DNA from: an uncultured Methanosarcinales archaeon
GTDB taxonomy: Archaea; Nanobdellota; Nanobdellia; Woesearchaeales; JACPIF01
Assembly: GCA_964602245.1 (NCBI GenBank)
Contig: CAZRPY010000006.1
Coordinates: 77-64,076, forward strand
Length of the DNA stretch: 64,000 bases
Direction: 5' to 3'
Shown: positions 1-8,647 of the stretch, piece after piece
Position numbering within the stretch: the stretch's first letter is position 1
How the letters are laid out: every line of letters begins with the position of its first letter
Position numbers and translations under genes: made by a program
The notes under the pieces: generated by a model
What the model was told of the DNA's origin: nothing
Databases searched by the model: none
The model's input: only the letters and a program-made list of their open reading frames with translations

Positions 1-255
1 TCAAATGTGGATTATGTTTATGATAAAGATCCTAGAAAGCATTCTGATGCAAAACCAATAAAGCAAATGAGATGGCAAGAAGTGCTTAAAATTGCTGGAA
101 AATGGAAGACTGGAATGCATACTCCATTTGATCCTGAAGCTTCAAAATTAGCTAAAAGTCTAAAGATTAGAGTTGTTATTGCTAATGGAAGAAATTTAGG
201 AAATTTAAAGAATATTCTAGAAGGGAAAGGGTTTATAGGAACTATTATTTCTTAG
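1..255 (+). CDS. pyrH: UMP (uridylate) kinase, archaeal type, C-terminal fragment; 5' end lies outside the window
   Basis: Frame is open from base 1. The tail ...FDPEASKLAKSLKIRVVIANGRNLGNLKNILEGKGFIGTII resembles the C-terminus of amino-acid-kinase-fold archaeal PyrH. Confidence 0.7.
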   Translation, partial: SNVDYVYDKDPRKHSDAKPIKQMRWQEVLKIAGKWKTGMHTPFDPEASKLAKSLKIRVVIANGRNLGNLKNILEGKGFIGTIIS

Positions 256-292
256 CTATTTTGTGAATTTCTGATTGAGAAGCTTTATATAA

Positions 293-601
293 TCAGCATC
301 TAGCAAACTCTTCTTTCATGTCATAGAATATCTGGCAGAACTTTTTTGTTGCAACATTAAGCTCTTTTTTACCTCTTTTTGTAAGCTTGTACTTTTTCTC
401 TTTACCACCATTCTTGACTTCTTGTATAAAGCCACTTTCGCTTAAAGCCTTTAAAACAGGATAAATTGTGCCAGGGCTTGGCTTTGTGCCTCTTCTTTTT
501 TTAATTTCCGCTCTTATATCTTCTCCTGACATATTCTTTTTGCGTATTAGTCTCAATACTATAAAACTCAGAAAACCCCTCATATCGCAGCATTCTCTCA
601 T
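293..601 (-). CDS. PadR-family winged-helix transcriptional regulator
   Basis: MRGFLSFIVLRLI...MSGEDIRAEI...GTKPSPGTIYPVLKALSESGFI is the classic PadR wHTH signature; the ~100 aa size fits. Confidence 0.85.
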   Translation of the reverse strand: MRECCDMRGFLSFIVLRLIRKKNMSGEDIRAEIKKRRGTKPSPGTIYPVLKALSESGFIQEVKNGGKEKKYKLTKRGKKELNVATKKFCQIFYDMKEEFARC

Positions 602-640
602 ATTTTAAAGATTTACTAGCCAATATTTATACTTTTCTAA

Positions 641-701
641 ATATCGTATAACCGATATGTTTAAATATAAGCTGCACTTTCTTATATCGTATAACCGATA
701 T
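641..701. promoter_or_regulatory. Two identical 18-bp palindromic boxes ATATCGTATAACCGATAT (641-658, 684-701); candidate PadR operators
   Basis: Exact duplicate. Each has ATATCG/CGATAT inverted arms. Located in the divergent spacer between the PadR gene and the small ORF at 717. Confidence 0.6.
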
Positions 702-716
702 TACGGAGGTGAAAAG

Positions 717-857
717 ATGCAAGGGTATGGATGTTGCGAGGCGAGAAGCTTCTTCACAAAAGAAGAAAAGATAGACATGTTAAAAGATTACAAGGACTCT
801 CTTGAAAAAGAAGCCAAAGGCGTAGCAGAGAAAATAAAGCAGCTTGAAAAGGAATAA
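717..857 (+). CDS. Small Cys-Cys / coiled-coil protein (46 aa), possibly DUF5320-like
   Basis: GGAGGTG Shine-Dalgarno lies 6 nt upstream of the ATG at 717. MQGYGCCEARSFFTKEEKIDMLKDYKDSLEKEAKGVAEKIKQLEKE. The longer ORF-track start at 657 runs through the operator boxes and is unlikely. Confidence 0.55.
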   Translation: MQGYGCCEARSFFTKEEKIDMLKDYKDSLEKEAKGVAEKIKQLEKE

Positions 858-908
858 TTTTTTTTATTTTTTTATCACATATACATTTGAAATATCAAAG
901 GTGATATT

Positions 909-1199
909 ATGAATTTGCCATGGGGAGATGAAAAGAGCAATAAGTTTGTAACTAATGTTGGTTTAATTACAAGTAATGGTCCTTATGGACATAATATAAT
1001 GGCAGCTGAATGGACACATCATATTTCTTATAACCCTGGATTAATAGCTGTTTGTATACAAGATAGGTTTGATCTTATGGAAGTTGCGGAAGCTATGAGT
1101 ATGAAAAATAGAGCTGCACCAGTCTATAAAGTTATGCAAAGTATTGATTACTTAAGAGAAAGAGAAATCAGAGGAAGGAAAGTTTTTGTTAGAAGATAA
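909..1199 (+). CDS. Flavin reductase-like (FMN-binding split-barrel) protein, unusually short; possibly truncated
   Basis: AGGTGAT SD upstream. The N-terminal NVGLITSNGPYGHNIMAAEWTHHISYNPGLIAVCI matches the flavin-reductase-like domain. At 96 aa it is about half the usual length. Confidence 0.5.
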   Translation: MNLPWGDEKSNKFVTNVGLITSNGPYGHNIMAAEWTHHISYNPGLIAVCIQDRFDLMEVAEAMSMKNRAAPVYKVMQSIDYLREREIRGRKVFVRR

Positions 1200-1270
1200 A
1201 ATTTTGATAGTTCCTTTTTCTATATTGCTATCCAATAAGTTTAAATAAACCATTTCTTAGAAATATAAGT

Positions 1271-2935
1271 ATGACTATTAGCCAGAATATACAGGATTTG
1301 AAGAGATTCCAGCAAGTATTGTATGTGTTGTTTAAGCATGAGATGGGATTATTGATTTCTAAGTTTAGGCTTAAAGATTACTTGACATTACAGGAAAGAT
1401 TAGAGAAAGAGCAATTAGCTAAGCTTAACACTCAACCAGTTAGAATTAGAATGGCTCTTGAAGAGCTTGGAGCTACATTTGTCAAGCTTGGGCAATTACT
1501 TAGCTTAAGGCCAGATTTAATACCTAAAGAATATGCAGAAGAATTTTCTAAGCTGCAGGATAAGGTTAAACCTTTTGCTTCAGATATTGCAATTAGGGTT
1601 ATACAAGATGAATTAAAATTGCCGTTAGAGGATATTTTTGCAGTTTTTAATCCAGAGCCATTGGCAGCAGCATCTCTTGGACAGGTACATGAAACTCAAT
1701 TAAAGAAAGGTGATAAAGCAGTAGTTAAAGTTCAAAGACCTAAAATAGACCAGCTAATGAGAACTGATATTGATATAATGCATCATTTTGCTAAATTACT
1801 AGAAGCTTATTATCCAGAAGTTTCCAAATTTATTAATCCAAGAGATATAGTAAAAGAGTTTGAAAGATATACAGAAGCTGAATTAGATTATTTAAGAGAG
1901 GCGAAGCATATTGAGCATTTCTATGAACAGTTTAAAAATGATAAGAATGTGAAAATACCTAAAGTTTACCAAAACCTTTGCTCTAGAAAGGTTTTGGTAA
2001 TGGAGAAGATAGAAGGAATTCCTATATTCAATATTAAAAGAGATGTTAAGTATGATAAAAAGCTGATAAATAAAATCTTAACAGATGCTATGCTGAGGCA
2101 GATATTTGTTGATGGCTACTTTCATGCAGATCCACATCCAGGGAATATTTTTGTAATAGATAGGGATAAGATTGCTTTGCTTGATTTTGGTATTGTTGGA
2201 GTTCTAGACCAAGATATGAAGGAGAATATTACTAATTTGTTTATTGGCATGGTTGATGGCAACTTGGACATGATGGCAGAGGCTATGGTTAAGCTGGATA
2301 TTGTGGAGACTGATACAAGCTTAATAGCATTAAAAAAGGATTTGTATGAAACATTTGCTGAATACCATAATACGTCAATGAAACAATATGACATAGCAGT
2401 AATTTTTCATAAGCTTGTTGAGCTAGCTAAGAGAAATAATATCACCTTATCTAAAGATTTTGTTTTATTGGGAAAGGCTTTGATAACATTGCAAGGGATT
2501 TCCAAGGAGCTTGATCCAGAGTATAATATAGTTGCTGCTTCCAAGCCATTTGTGCTGCAGTTAATAAAGAAAAAGACATCTATGCAGGAGATATGGAAAA
2601 GAGTAAAGAAAACTGGAATGCAATTAAGGGATTTTGTGCAAGATTTTCCTGAGAAAACGAGCTTGCTGCTAAGAAGAATGAAAATAGCTGATGAGAATCT
2701 GCAGGCTATTGACAAAGATATTAGGACAATGACAATTGAGATGGATAGGTCAAGCAATAGAATAACTTATGGCTTGATAATAGCTGCCTTGATTATTGCA
2801 ACTGCAATTACACTGCCTTTTAATGCCTATACTCTATTTGGATTTCCTGCTTTATCTTTTGTTGCTATAATTATTGCTATTGTGTTAACTTTAATGTTGT
2901 TATTTTCAATATTGAGAGAGAAGAGAGTGATATAA
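1271..2935 (+). CDS. ABC1/UbiB-family atypical protein kinase with C-terminal transmembrane helices
   Basis: ALEELGATFVKLGQLLSLRPDLIPKEY, AAASLGQVH and FHADPHPGNIF motifs typify ABC1/AarF/UbiB. The C-terminus is hydrophobic. Confidence 0.9.
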   Translation: MTISQNIQDLKRFQQVLYVLFKHEMGLLISKFRLKDYLTLQERLEKEQLAKLNTQPVRIRMALEELGATFVKLGQLLSLRPDLIPKEYAEEFSKLQDKVKPFASDIAIRVIQDELKLPLEDIFAVFNPEPLAAASLGQVHETQLKKGDKAVVKVQRPKIDQLMRTDIDIMHHFAKLLEAYYPEVSKFINPRDIVKEFERYTEAELDYLREAKHIEHFYEQFKNDKNVKIPKVYQNLCSRKVLVMEKIEGIPIFNIKRDVKYDKKLINKILTDAMLRQIFVDGYFHADPHPGNIFVIDRDKIALLDFGIVGVLDQDMKENITNLFIGMVDGNLDMMAEAMVKLDIVETDTSLIALKKDLYETFAEYHNTSMKQYDIAVIFHKLVELAKRNNITLSKDFVLLGKALITLQGISKELDPEYNIVAASKPFVLQLIKKKTSMQEIWKRVKKTGMQLRDFVQDFPEKTSLLLRRMKIADENLQAIDKDIRTMTIEMDRSSNRITYGLIIAALIIATAITLPFNAYTLFGFPALSFVAIIIAIVLTLMLLFSILREKRVI

Positions 2936-3008
2936 GTTAGTTATATGCAAAAATATATAAATCGCAAGTTCAATAAAACTATAAAAAGCGTTATCAAAGA
3001 GGTGTTAT

Positions 3009-3224
3009 ATGGTACTGAGGCATATTAGGAGAGGCTTGGTTAAAGCAGCAGCTGTTGGCATAGTAGCAGCTAGAAAGGTTAAACATGCTGTAATTGGAAA
3101 GAAGGGCAGCAAGAAAAGAGCTAAAGTCAAGAAGGTGGCAAAGGCAGCAGCTAAAATGGTTGCAAAGAAAGTGGCAGCCAAGGGAAAGAAGTTAGCTAAG
3201 AGGGTTGCAAGAAAGTTAAGGTAA
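3009..3224 (+). CDS. Extremely basic Lys/Ala-rich small protein (71 aa); putative nucleic-acid-binding
   Basis: GAGGTG SD upstream. By hand count 27 of 71 residues are K/R and none are D/E. Low-complexity AKK repeats. Confidence 0.55.
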   Translation: MVLRHIRRGLVKAAAVGIVAARKVKHAVIGKKGSKKRAKVKKVAKAAAKMVAKKVAAKGKKLAKRVARKLR

Positions 3225-5660
3225 TTTTTCTTCTAAATACTTCCTTAGTCCAGCAGGTCTGGAAAAGGCAAATACATGCTTAATACCTAATTGCTGTGAA
3301 AACATTAATACTGCTTCTATAAGCTGAGTTCCTACTGAACTATTTTCTGAAAATAAAATCCTGGCATTGTTTATTTCCGGATAAGCAAAAAGTATGCTAT
3401 AACCTAGCGCATCTTTATCCTTATTTCTTCCACCTTTAATTACTGATATAAGCTTTGCCCCTTTTTTAAGCCCTCCCTTAGGTTTTTTATGGAATCGCAC
3501 AATTGGATCTATGTTACTTTTGAGATAATCATCTAAATATTTATCTGCAAGTTTTTTCAATAGAATGTTATTCACTTTCTTTTTCCTTGACTTATGATTA
3601 TCAGATTTATTTTCTTTGCGTAATGTTGAGATAGCTACACAGACAAGTGCCTTGCCATCTGGATTATTTGTAGAGAGAGTGCCTTTATCTGTTAGTCTAT
3701 CCCATTTTGTTTTTTTTAGAGCTTCAATATTGTTTGCTCTTAATGCACTTACAGTGCCTAGAAGATTGTTGTTAAAGTTCAAAGCACCTATTAGAAAGCC
3801 GTTCTTGCTTCTTATTCTGAATTCTTTTTCTGTTGATGTTAAAGGATACCATCTCTTATTGTTAATTTCTACTGCTTTTTTAATTACTTCTCTCTCATAA
3901 GGGAATATTTGCCTGAATATAAATGAATGATTTTTAGCGATAACCCCCTTAATCTCCTTAATATTGCCTAAACTTGTTAATTTTGGAAACATTTCTTTAA
4001 TCTTTGTTCTCTGTACTTTTCCTGTTGATGTCATAGGCAATTCGCTAGAAGAAATTTCAACAACCTTTCTTGGGCTTTCATATATGCTTAAGTTTTTTAT
4101 CTTTGTGTTTTTCCAGTTATTTGTTATGCTCTTAATAATCTCTTTTCTCTTTTCTTTACTCACATTATCCTTAAAGACAATTACTGCACCAATCTCTTCT
4201 CCAAATCTTTTGTCTTCATAACCTATAACATATACCTGATCAATTTCATGATAAGCTCTTTTTAATGCAAGTTCAACTGCCAATGGAGAAATATTAATGC
4301 CACCTTTTATAATTATCTCCTTTATTCTACCAGTGAGAAAAAAGAATTTTTCACTATTAATTATTTTATAATATCCTAGATCACCTGAATGAAACCAACC
4401 AAATTTAAAAGATTTTTTTGTTTCCTCTAGCTCTTTAATATACTCTTTCATGATTCCTGGGCCTCTAATGCATATCTCACCAATTTCATTCTCCCTTGCT
4501 TCTTTTCCATCTTTTAGTGTAGTTACATTGGTCCATTTCATCTCTGTTCCAATAGTATTGCTCCTTAGAAGCTCAAAGTATTTTGAATTTAGAATTTCAT
4601 TTTCCTTTACTTTATATGGCATGCCTGTAGATCTGAGTGAGGTTTCTGTCTGGCCATAGCCCTGAATAAGAGGGATTTGGAATTTTCTTACAAATTCTTC
4701 TGCTTCAAGTGGTTGTACAGGAGCTGAGCCAATTTGAATTCTGCTGACCTTTAGCTTATGCCTTATTTTATTGAATATTTCTTCTTGAGATAACTGATCA
4801 TGGCATATAGTTGGAACTATTGAAGTAATAGTTGCTTCTGTCTCAGCCAGGGTTGGGAAAAATCCAGAATTTGAGTAGCCTGGAGTAAGAATTATTGTTC
4901 CTCCTTTTAGAAGTGTTGCGAGAACAAAGGTTGTAGAATTTATGTGATGTAAAGGCAAAATGGTCATGAATCTTTCATTTTCCTTAATATTAAGCCAGTC
5001 TGCAATACTGTCAGCATTTGATATAAGGCTTTCAACTCTTAACAAAGCCCCTCTTGGGAAAGCAGTAGTTCCAGAGGTATAAAGTATCAATGCATCATTT
5101 TTAATAGGACTGTTTAAATAAATTGGAGTTTCTTTTTCTATAAGTTTAACGAAATCTTTTAAGCTACTGAATTTTATAACTTTTATTTTTGAGTTAGCTC
5201 TAACGTTCTTAATTACTCTATTAAGCTCTGCTTCTGCATTCTCGTCAGTTGTATCAGTCTTTATGAATAGTGCCTTACTTTTAGTTTGCTTAATTTTATA
5301 GAGTATGGATTCTAAAGAGTCTCTTTTTGAGTCTAAAGGCACAGTGATTATTGAAGAAGACCAAGAGGCTAAATTTAAGAAAAGTATCTCAGGTGAATTC
5401 TTCATTAAAAAAACAATTCTCTCATTCTTTCTCATATTAAGTTTTTTTATTAAATAAGAAGATGTTTTTCCAACAATTTCTTTTAACTGTTTATATGAAA
5501 AGATTGTTTTCTTGTTATCTTCTAAATATACTAGTGCCTCCTTGTCTGGAAACTTTTTGGCATAGAAATCTAACAAATACGATACTGATTTAAATGGGGA
5601 TGTAAATTTAACTAATTGTCTGTTCTTAATTAAACTATATTGAGTTAATTGTGTCAACAT
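3216..5660 (-). CDS. AMP-dependent synthetase/ligase (ANL superfamily) fused to a ~245-aa uncharacterised C-terminal domain (possibly acyltransferase-like)
   Basis: ANL core motifs are present: YTSGTTAFPRG, GYGQTET, SGDLG, GRIKEIIIKGGINISP, TSTGKVQR. They are followed by a long extra domain ending ...QLIEAVLMFSQQLGIKHVFAFSRPAGL. Confidence 0.8.
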   Translation of the reverse strand: MLTQLTQYSLIKNRQLVKFTSPFKSVSYLLDFYAKKFPDKEALVYLEDNKKTIFSYKQLKEIVGKTSSYLIKKLNMRKNERIVFLMKNSPEILFLNLASWSSSIITVPLDSKRDSLESILYKIKQTKSKALFIKTDTTDENAEAELNRVIKNVRANSKIKVIKFSSLKDFVKLIEKETPIYLNSPIKNDALILYTSGTTAFPRGALLRVESLISNADSIADWLNIKENERFMTILPLHHINSTTFVLATLLKGGTIILTPGYSNSGFFPTLAETEATITSIVPTICHDQLSQEEIFNKIRHKLKVSRIQIGSAPVQPLEAEEFVRKFQIPLIQGYGQTETSLRSTGMPYKVKENEILNSKYFELLRSNTIGTEMKWTNVTTLKDGKEARENEIGEICIRGPGIMKEYIKELEETKKSFKFGWFHSGDLGYYKIINSEKFFFLTGRIKEIIIKGGINISPLAVELALKRAYHEIDQVYVIGYEDKRFGEEIGAVIVFKDNVSKEKRKEIIKSITNNWKNTKIKNLSIYESPRKVVEISSSELPMTSTGKVQRTKIKEMFPKLTSLGNIKEIKGVIAKNHSFIFRQIFPYEREVIKKAVEINNKRWYPLTSTEKEFRIRSKNGFLIGALNFNNNLLGTVSALRANNIEALKKTKWDRLTDKGTLSTNNPDGKALVCVAISTLRKENKSDNHKSRKKKVNNILLKKLADKYLDDYLKSNIDPIVRFHKKPKGGLKKGAKLISVIKGGRNKDKDALGYSILFAYPEINNARILFSENSSVGTQLIEAVLMFSQQLGIKHVFAFSRPAGLRKYLEEKLP

Positions 5661-5752
5661 ATTATTACTCCAGATTTTTAAACAATTCTCTAGTCAAAAA
5701 TTCATAAAGCTTCATATAACCCCAAAAAAGTTTTTTAAATAACTAGTATTAT

Positions 5753-6001
5753 TTAGTTAGGCATTTCTACTTTTTCTTCCAATCTTTGAGAACCCTTGAA
5801 AGACTGGTCATGCCAGGAATCCCTGCCAGAGCTTAGAAAATTAACCTTAATCCTTATATGCCTGCCGCAGTTGCATCTAGTTGTTTTATAGTGCAAAGTG
5901 CCGATAAAATCAGAGTCCCATTTATTAGCTAATAAGTCATTCCTGCAATAAAGGCATTTAAACCTAGCATCAAAATCAGTCACATGAGTTTTCCATGCCA
6001 T
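5753..6001 (-). CDS. Small zinc-ribbon-like hypothetical protein
   Basis: CLYC...CNCG cysteine pairs. Its ATG overlaps the cutA stop by 1 nt (TAATG). Confidence 0.5.
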   Translation of the reverse strand: MAWKTHVTDFDARFKCLYCRNDLLANKWDSDFIGTLHYKTTRCNCGRHIRIKVNFLSSGRDSWHDQSFKGSQRLEEKVEMPN

Positions 6002-6318
6002 TATTTAGTTACCTCTTTAAGCCATTTTAAATAAGCCTTATTAGCCCTTTTAACATTAATCGCTATAATACAAGGCACAGTATAGCTATGAAGCTTCCTT
6101 ATTTCTTTCTCTATTATACTATAATTCTTTTCCTGAGCCTTAATAAGCATTGCGATTTCCTTGTCCTCAACTATCTTGCCCTGCCACCAGTAAAGGCTTT
6201 CTATTGGAAATATATTAGCACATCCAGCTAGCTTTAGCTTTAACAAATGCTCGGCTATCTTAACAGCCTCTTGCTTGTCATTGCATGTTACATAGATATC
6301 TATCATAGTAATAGCCAA
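6001..6318 (-). CDS. cutA: Divalent-cation tolerance protein CutA
   Basis: 105 aa. CANIFPIESLYWWQGKIVEDKE...HSYTVPCIIA is the CutA1 signature. Confidence 0.85.
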   Translation of the reverse strand: MAITMIDIYVTCNDKQEAVKIAEHLLKLKLAGCANIFPIESLYWWQGKIVEDKEIAMLIKAQEKNYSIIEKEIRKLHSYTVPCIIAINVKRANKAYLKWLKEVTK

Positions 6319-6420
6319 CTTACTAAGTATTTAAGTATTACTAATATTTTTATAATAGTACTAAAAAATATTTTATAGCAGTTCTGGTACCTTGAGTAGT
6401 GCTATATAGCCTTAGCAGCC

Positions 6421-7128
6421 CTAGTATTGCATTGGTCTTAGGTGAACTTCTGTAATATTAGCATTATCTCCAAGACTTAATGTGTAGGCTATTAGCTCTG
6501 CTACTTCCTCAGGGTTAAGCATCTTGGCTAGTTCTGACTTTGATTTTCTTTTGTAATGCATTGGCGTGTTAACAGGGCCTGGGCAAATTGCAGTAACTTT
6601 AACATTATATGGCTTTAGCTCTTCTGAAATTGCTTCTGTTATGCCAATTACACCAAACTTTGAGGCTGCATAAGCACTTCTATCAGCTCTACCTTGTCTA
6701 CCAGCACCAGATGAAATATTAATTATATGCCCTTTTTTCTGCTTTTTCATTGCTTGAGCAGCGTATTTGCAGCACAAGTAGAGTCCTCTTAAATTTATGT
6801 CCAAAGTTTCATCTAACTCATTTGTATCAAATTCGTCAATATTTCCTGTATAGAACACTCCAGCATTATTTATAATTGCATCAATCATGCCAAACTTGTT
6901 CTTTACTATACTTATCATGTCTTTAATATCGCCTTCATTTTTTATATCTACTTTAATGCTCATAACTTGTCCTTTTATTTTTCTAATAGCCTCAGCTACT
7001 GTGTCAAGCCCTTTTATGTTTCTTGAGGCTATGACAATAATTGCACCTTCTTTAGCAAGCCTTATAGCTGTTGCAGCACCTATCCCAGAAGAAGCTCCTG
7101 TGATAATAACTACTTTGTCTTTTAGCAT
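6421..7128 (-). CDS. Short-chain dehydrogenase/reductase (SDR) family oxidoreductase
   Basis: TGASSGIG cofactor motif, NNAG, YAASK catalytic motif. Start chosen at MLKDKVVIITG (7128); the ORF is open up to 7179. Confidence 0.85.
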   Translation of the reverse strand: MLKDKVVIITGASSGIGAATAIRLAKEGAIIVIASRNIKGLDTVAEAIRKIKGQVMSIKVDIKNEGDIKDMISIVKNKFGMIDAIINNAGVFYTGNIDEFDTNELDETLDINLRGLYLCCKYAAQAMKKQKKGHIINISSGAGRQGRADRSAYAASKFGVIGITEAISEELKPYNVKVTAICPGPVNTPMHYKRKSKSELAKMLNPEEVAELIAYTLSLGDNANITEVHLRPMQY

Positions 7129-7222
7129 GTTAATCATAACTTTATTTACTATCATTATATTTCTATAGAAATCTGGCAAATCATATGCAATATAAAAAGG
7201 TTTAGAATAAAAAAAACTAAAA

Positions 7223-7798
7223 TCACTTAATAAGCCCTTTCTTCTTAAGTAAAAGGTATGGGTATCCCCTCAAATCTGGTTGTGAAGCATCGATACCTAA
7301 ACTTTTAGCAAACTCAAACAGTCTCATCCTAGTAATATCAATGCCTCCTAAATCTTTTAGCGATTCAATCTCAATAAAATAGCCGAGCTCTTTTACTATG
7401 TCCAAAGAAATCTCAAATTCATCATTGTAATGATATATCTCCCGCTCTTTCTCAACATTGATGAGTGGCGTTATATCCAGCGCATTGAACATCTTCTCTA
7501 ATTGCTCCTGATTTTCAATTTTAGTTTCAAATTCATCACAATGTGTTGCAACTTTAGTATTCTCCTGATACCAATGTTTATAACTTAATATAGCAGCATC
7601 TCCACGTGTCCTTATACTTAACCATTCAAAAGGAAACTCTGGCTTAATGAAATTGCGATGTGCAGGTATGAAATATTTATCCAACTGATGATTTTTCTTA
7701 ACAAATGTGGCAACTGTTTTTAGAGTCTCTTTAGCCTGGAAAAAAGCAGATTTAGAAAGCTCAATCTTGATTTCGACTTCAATATTATCGTGAGCCAT
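7223..7798 (-). CDS. CYTH-domain protein (class IV adenylate cyclase / triphosphate tunnel metalloenzyme family)
   Basis: N-terminal IEVEIKI (ExExK) motif and ~190 aa length fit the CyaB/CYTH family. Confidence 0.7.
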   Translation of the reverse strand: MAHDNIEVEIKIELSKSAFFQAKETLKTVATFVKKNHQLDKYFIPAHRNFIKPEFPFEWLSIRTRGDAAILSYKHWYQENTKVATHCDEFETKIENQEQLEKMFNALDITPLINVEKEREIYHYNDEFEISLDIVKELGYFIEIESLKDLGGIDITRMRLFEFAKSLGIDASQPDLRGYPYLLLKKKGLIK

Positions 7799-7831
7799 GA
7801 GAGATGATAACAGATACTGCTATTTAAAATT

Positions 7832-8557
7832 TTAGCCAGCAATCCCCCATTTCTCTATTTTAATCTGGCTAATTCCAGCGCCCATTTCCCTAAGCAATTT
7901 AATCATGTCATCTATCATCTTATCTGGACCACAGACAAAGAATAAAGTATTGTTAAAATCTTCTATATTGGCATCTATCATCTCTCTGTCAATCCTGCCT
8001 TTATGGCCATTCCAATTATCGTTATCTTGTAGCCTAGTCATTGTAAGAGTGATTTTTACATTTCCATTCTTATTGAGATTTTCAAGTTCTTCTTTGTAAA
8101 TTACGTATTCAGGAGACCTTACACTGTAGAGAAGCTTAATCTTATTTGGCAATCCTTTATTTATTATATATCTTATCATGCTCATTATTGGAGCTAAGCC
8201 AGTACCTCCAGCTATCATTACCAAATCTTGCTTATAGTCCTCTTTAAATACAAAATGTCCAATCGGGCCTCTAATCTTAACTTTATCTCCTACCTGCAGC
8301 TTTGTCATTCTTGTTGAGAAAGGGCCTTCTCTCTTAACAGTAACTTCTATCCAGCCTTGGGATTCTGGTGAAGATGAAATAGAGAAAAATTTAGTTCTGT
8401 TGCTTTCCTCACCATCAATAAAGCCAAACATTATATACTGCCCTGGTATAAAGGTTATACTTTCATGCTCAGGAAGCTGTATCCTTAAGGTTACAGTATC
8501 TGGACTTTCAACTATTACCTTGCTAATTGTGCATATAACCCAGTCTTTAGGATTCAT
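7832..8557 (-). CDS. Ferredoxin-NADP reductase-like FAD/NAD(P)-binding oxidoreductase
   Basis: FFSISSSP (RxYS-type FAD motif) and GGTGLAP (NAD motif). Two-domain size of 241 aa. Confidence 0.75.
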   Translation of the reverse strand: MNPKDWVICTISKVIVESPDTVTLRIQLPEHESITFIPGQYIMFGFIDGEESNRTKFFSISSSPESQGWIEVTVKREGPFSTRMTKLQVGDKVKIRGPIGHFVFKEDYKQDLVMIAGGTGLAPIMSMIRYIINKGLPNKIKLLYSVRSPEYVIYKEELENLNKNGNVKITLTMTRLQDNDNWNGHKGRIDREMIDANIEDFNNTLFFVCGPDKMIDDMIKLLREMGAGISQIKIEKWGIAG

Positions 8558-8647
8558 CTTCTTTTTCGATTAGAGAACTATATTTAAGTTTTATGAATTC
8601 TTTGCCAATTAATAACTTTTAAATAGACTTGATAAATCCTTTGGGAT

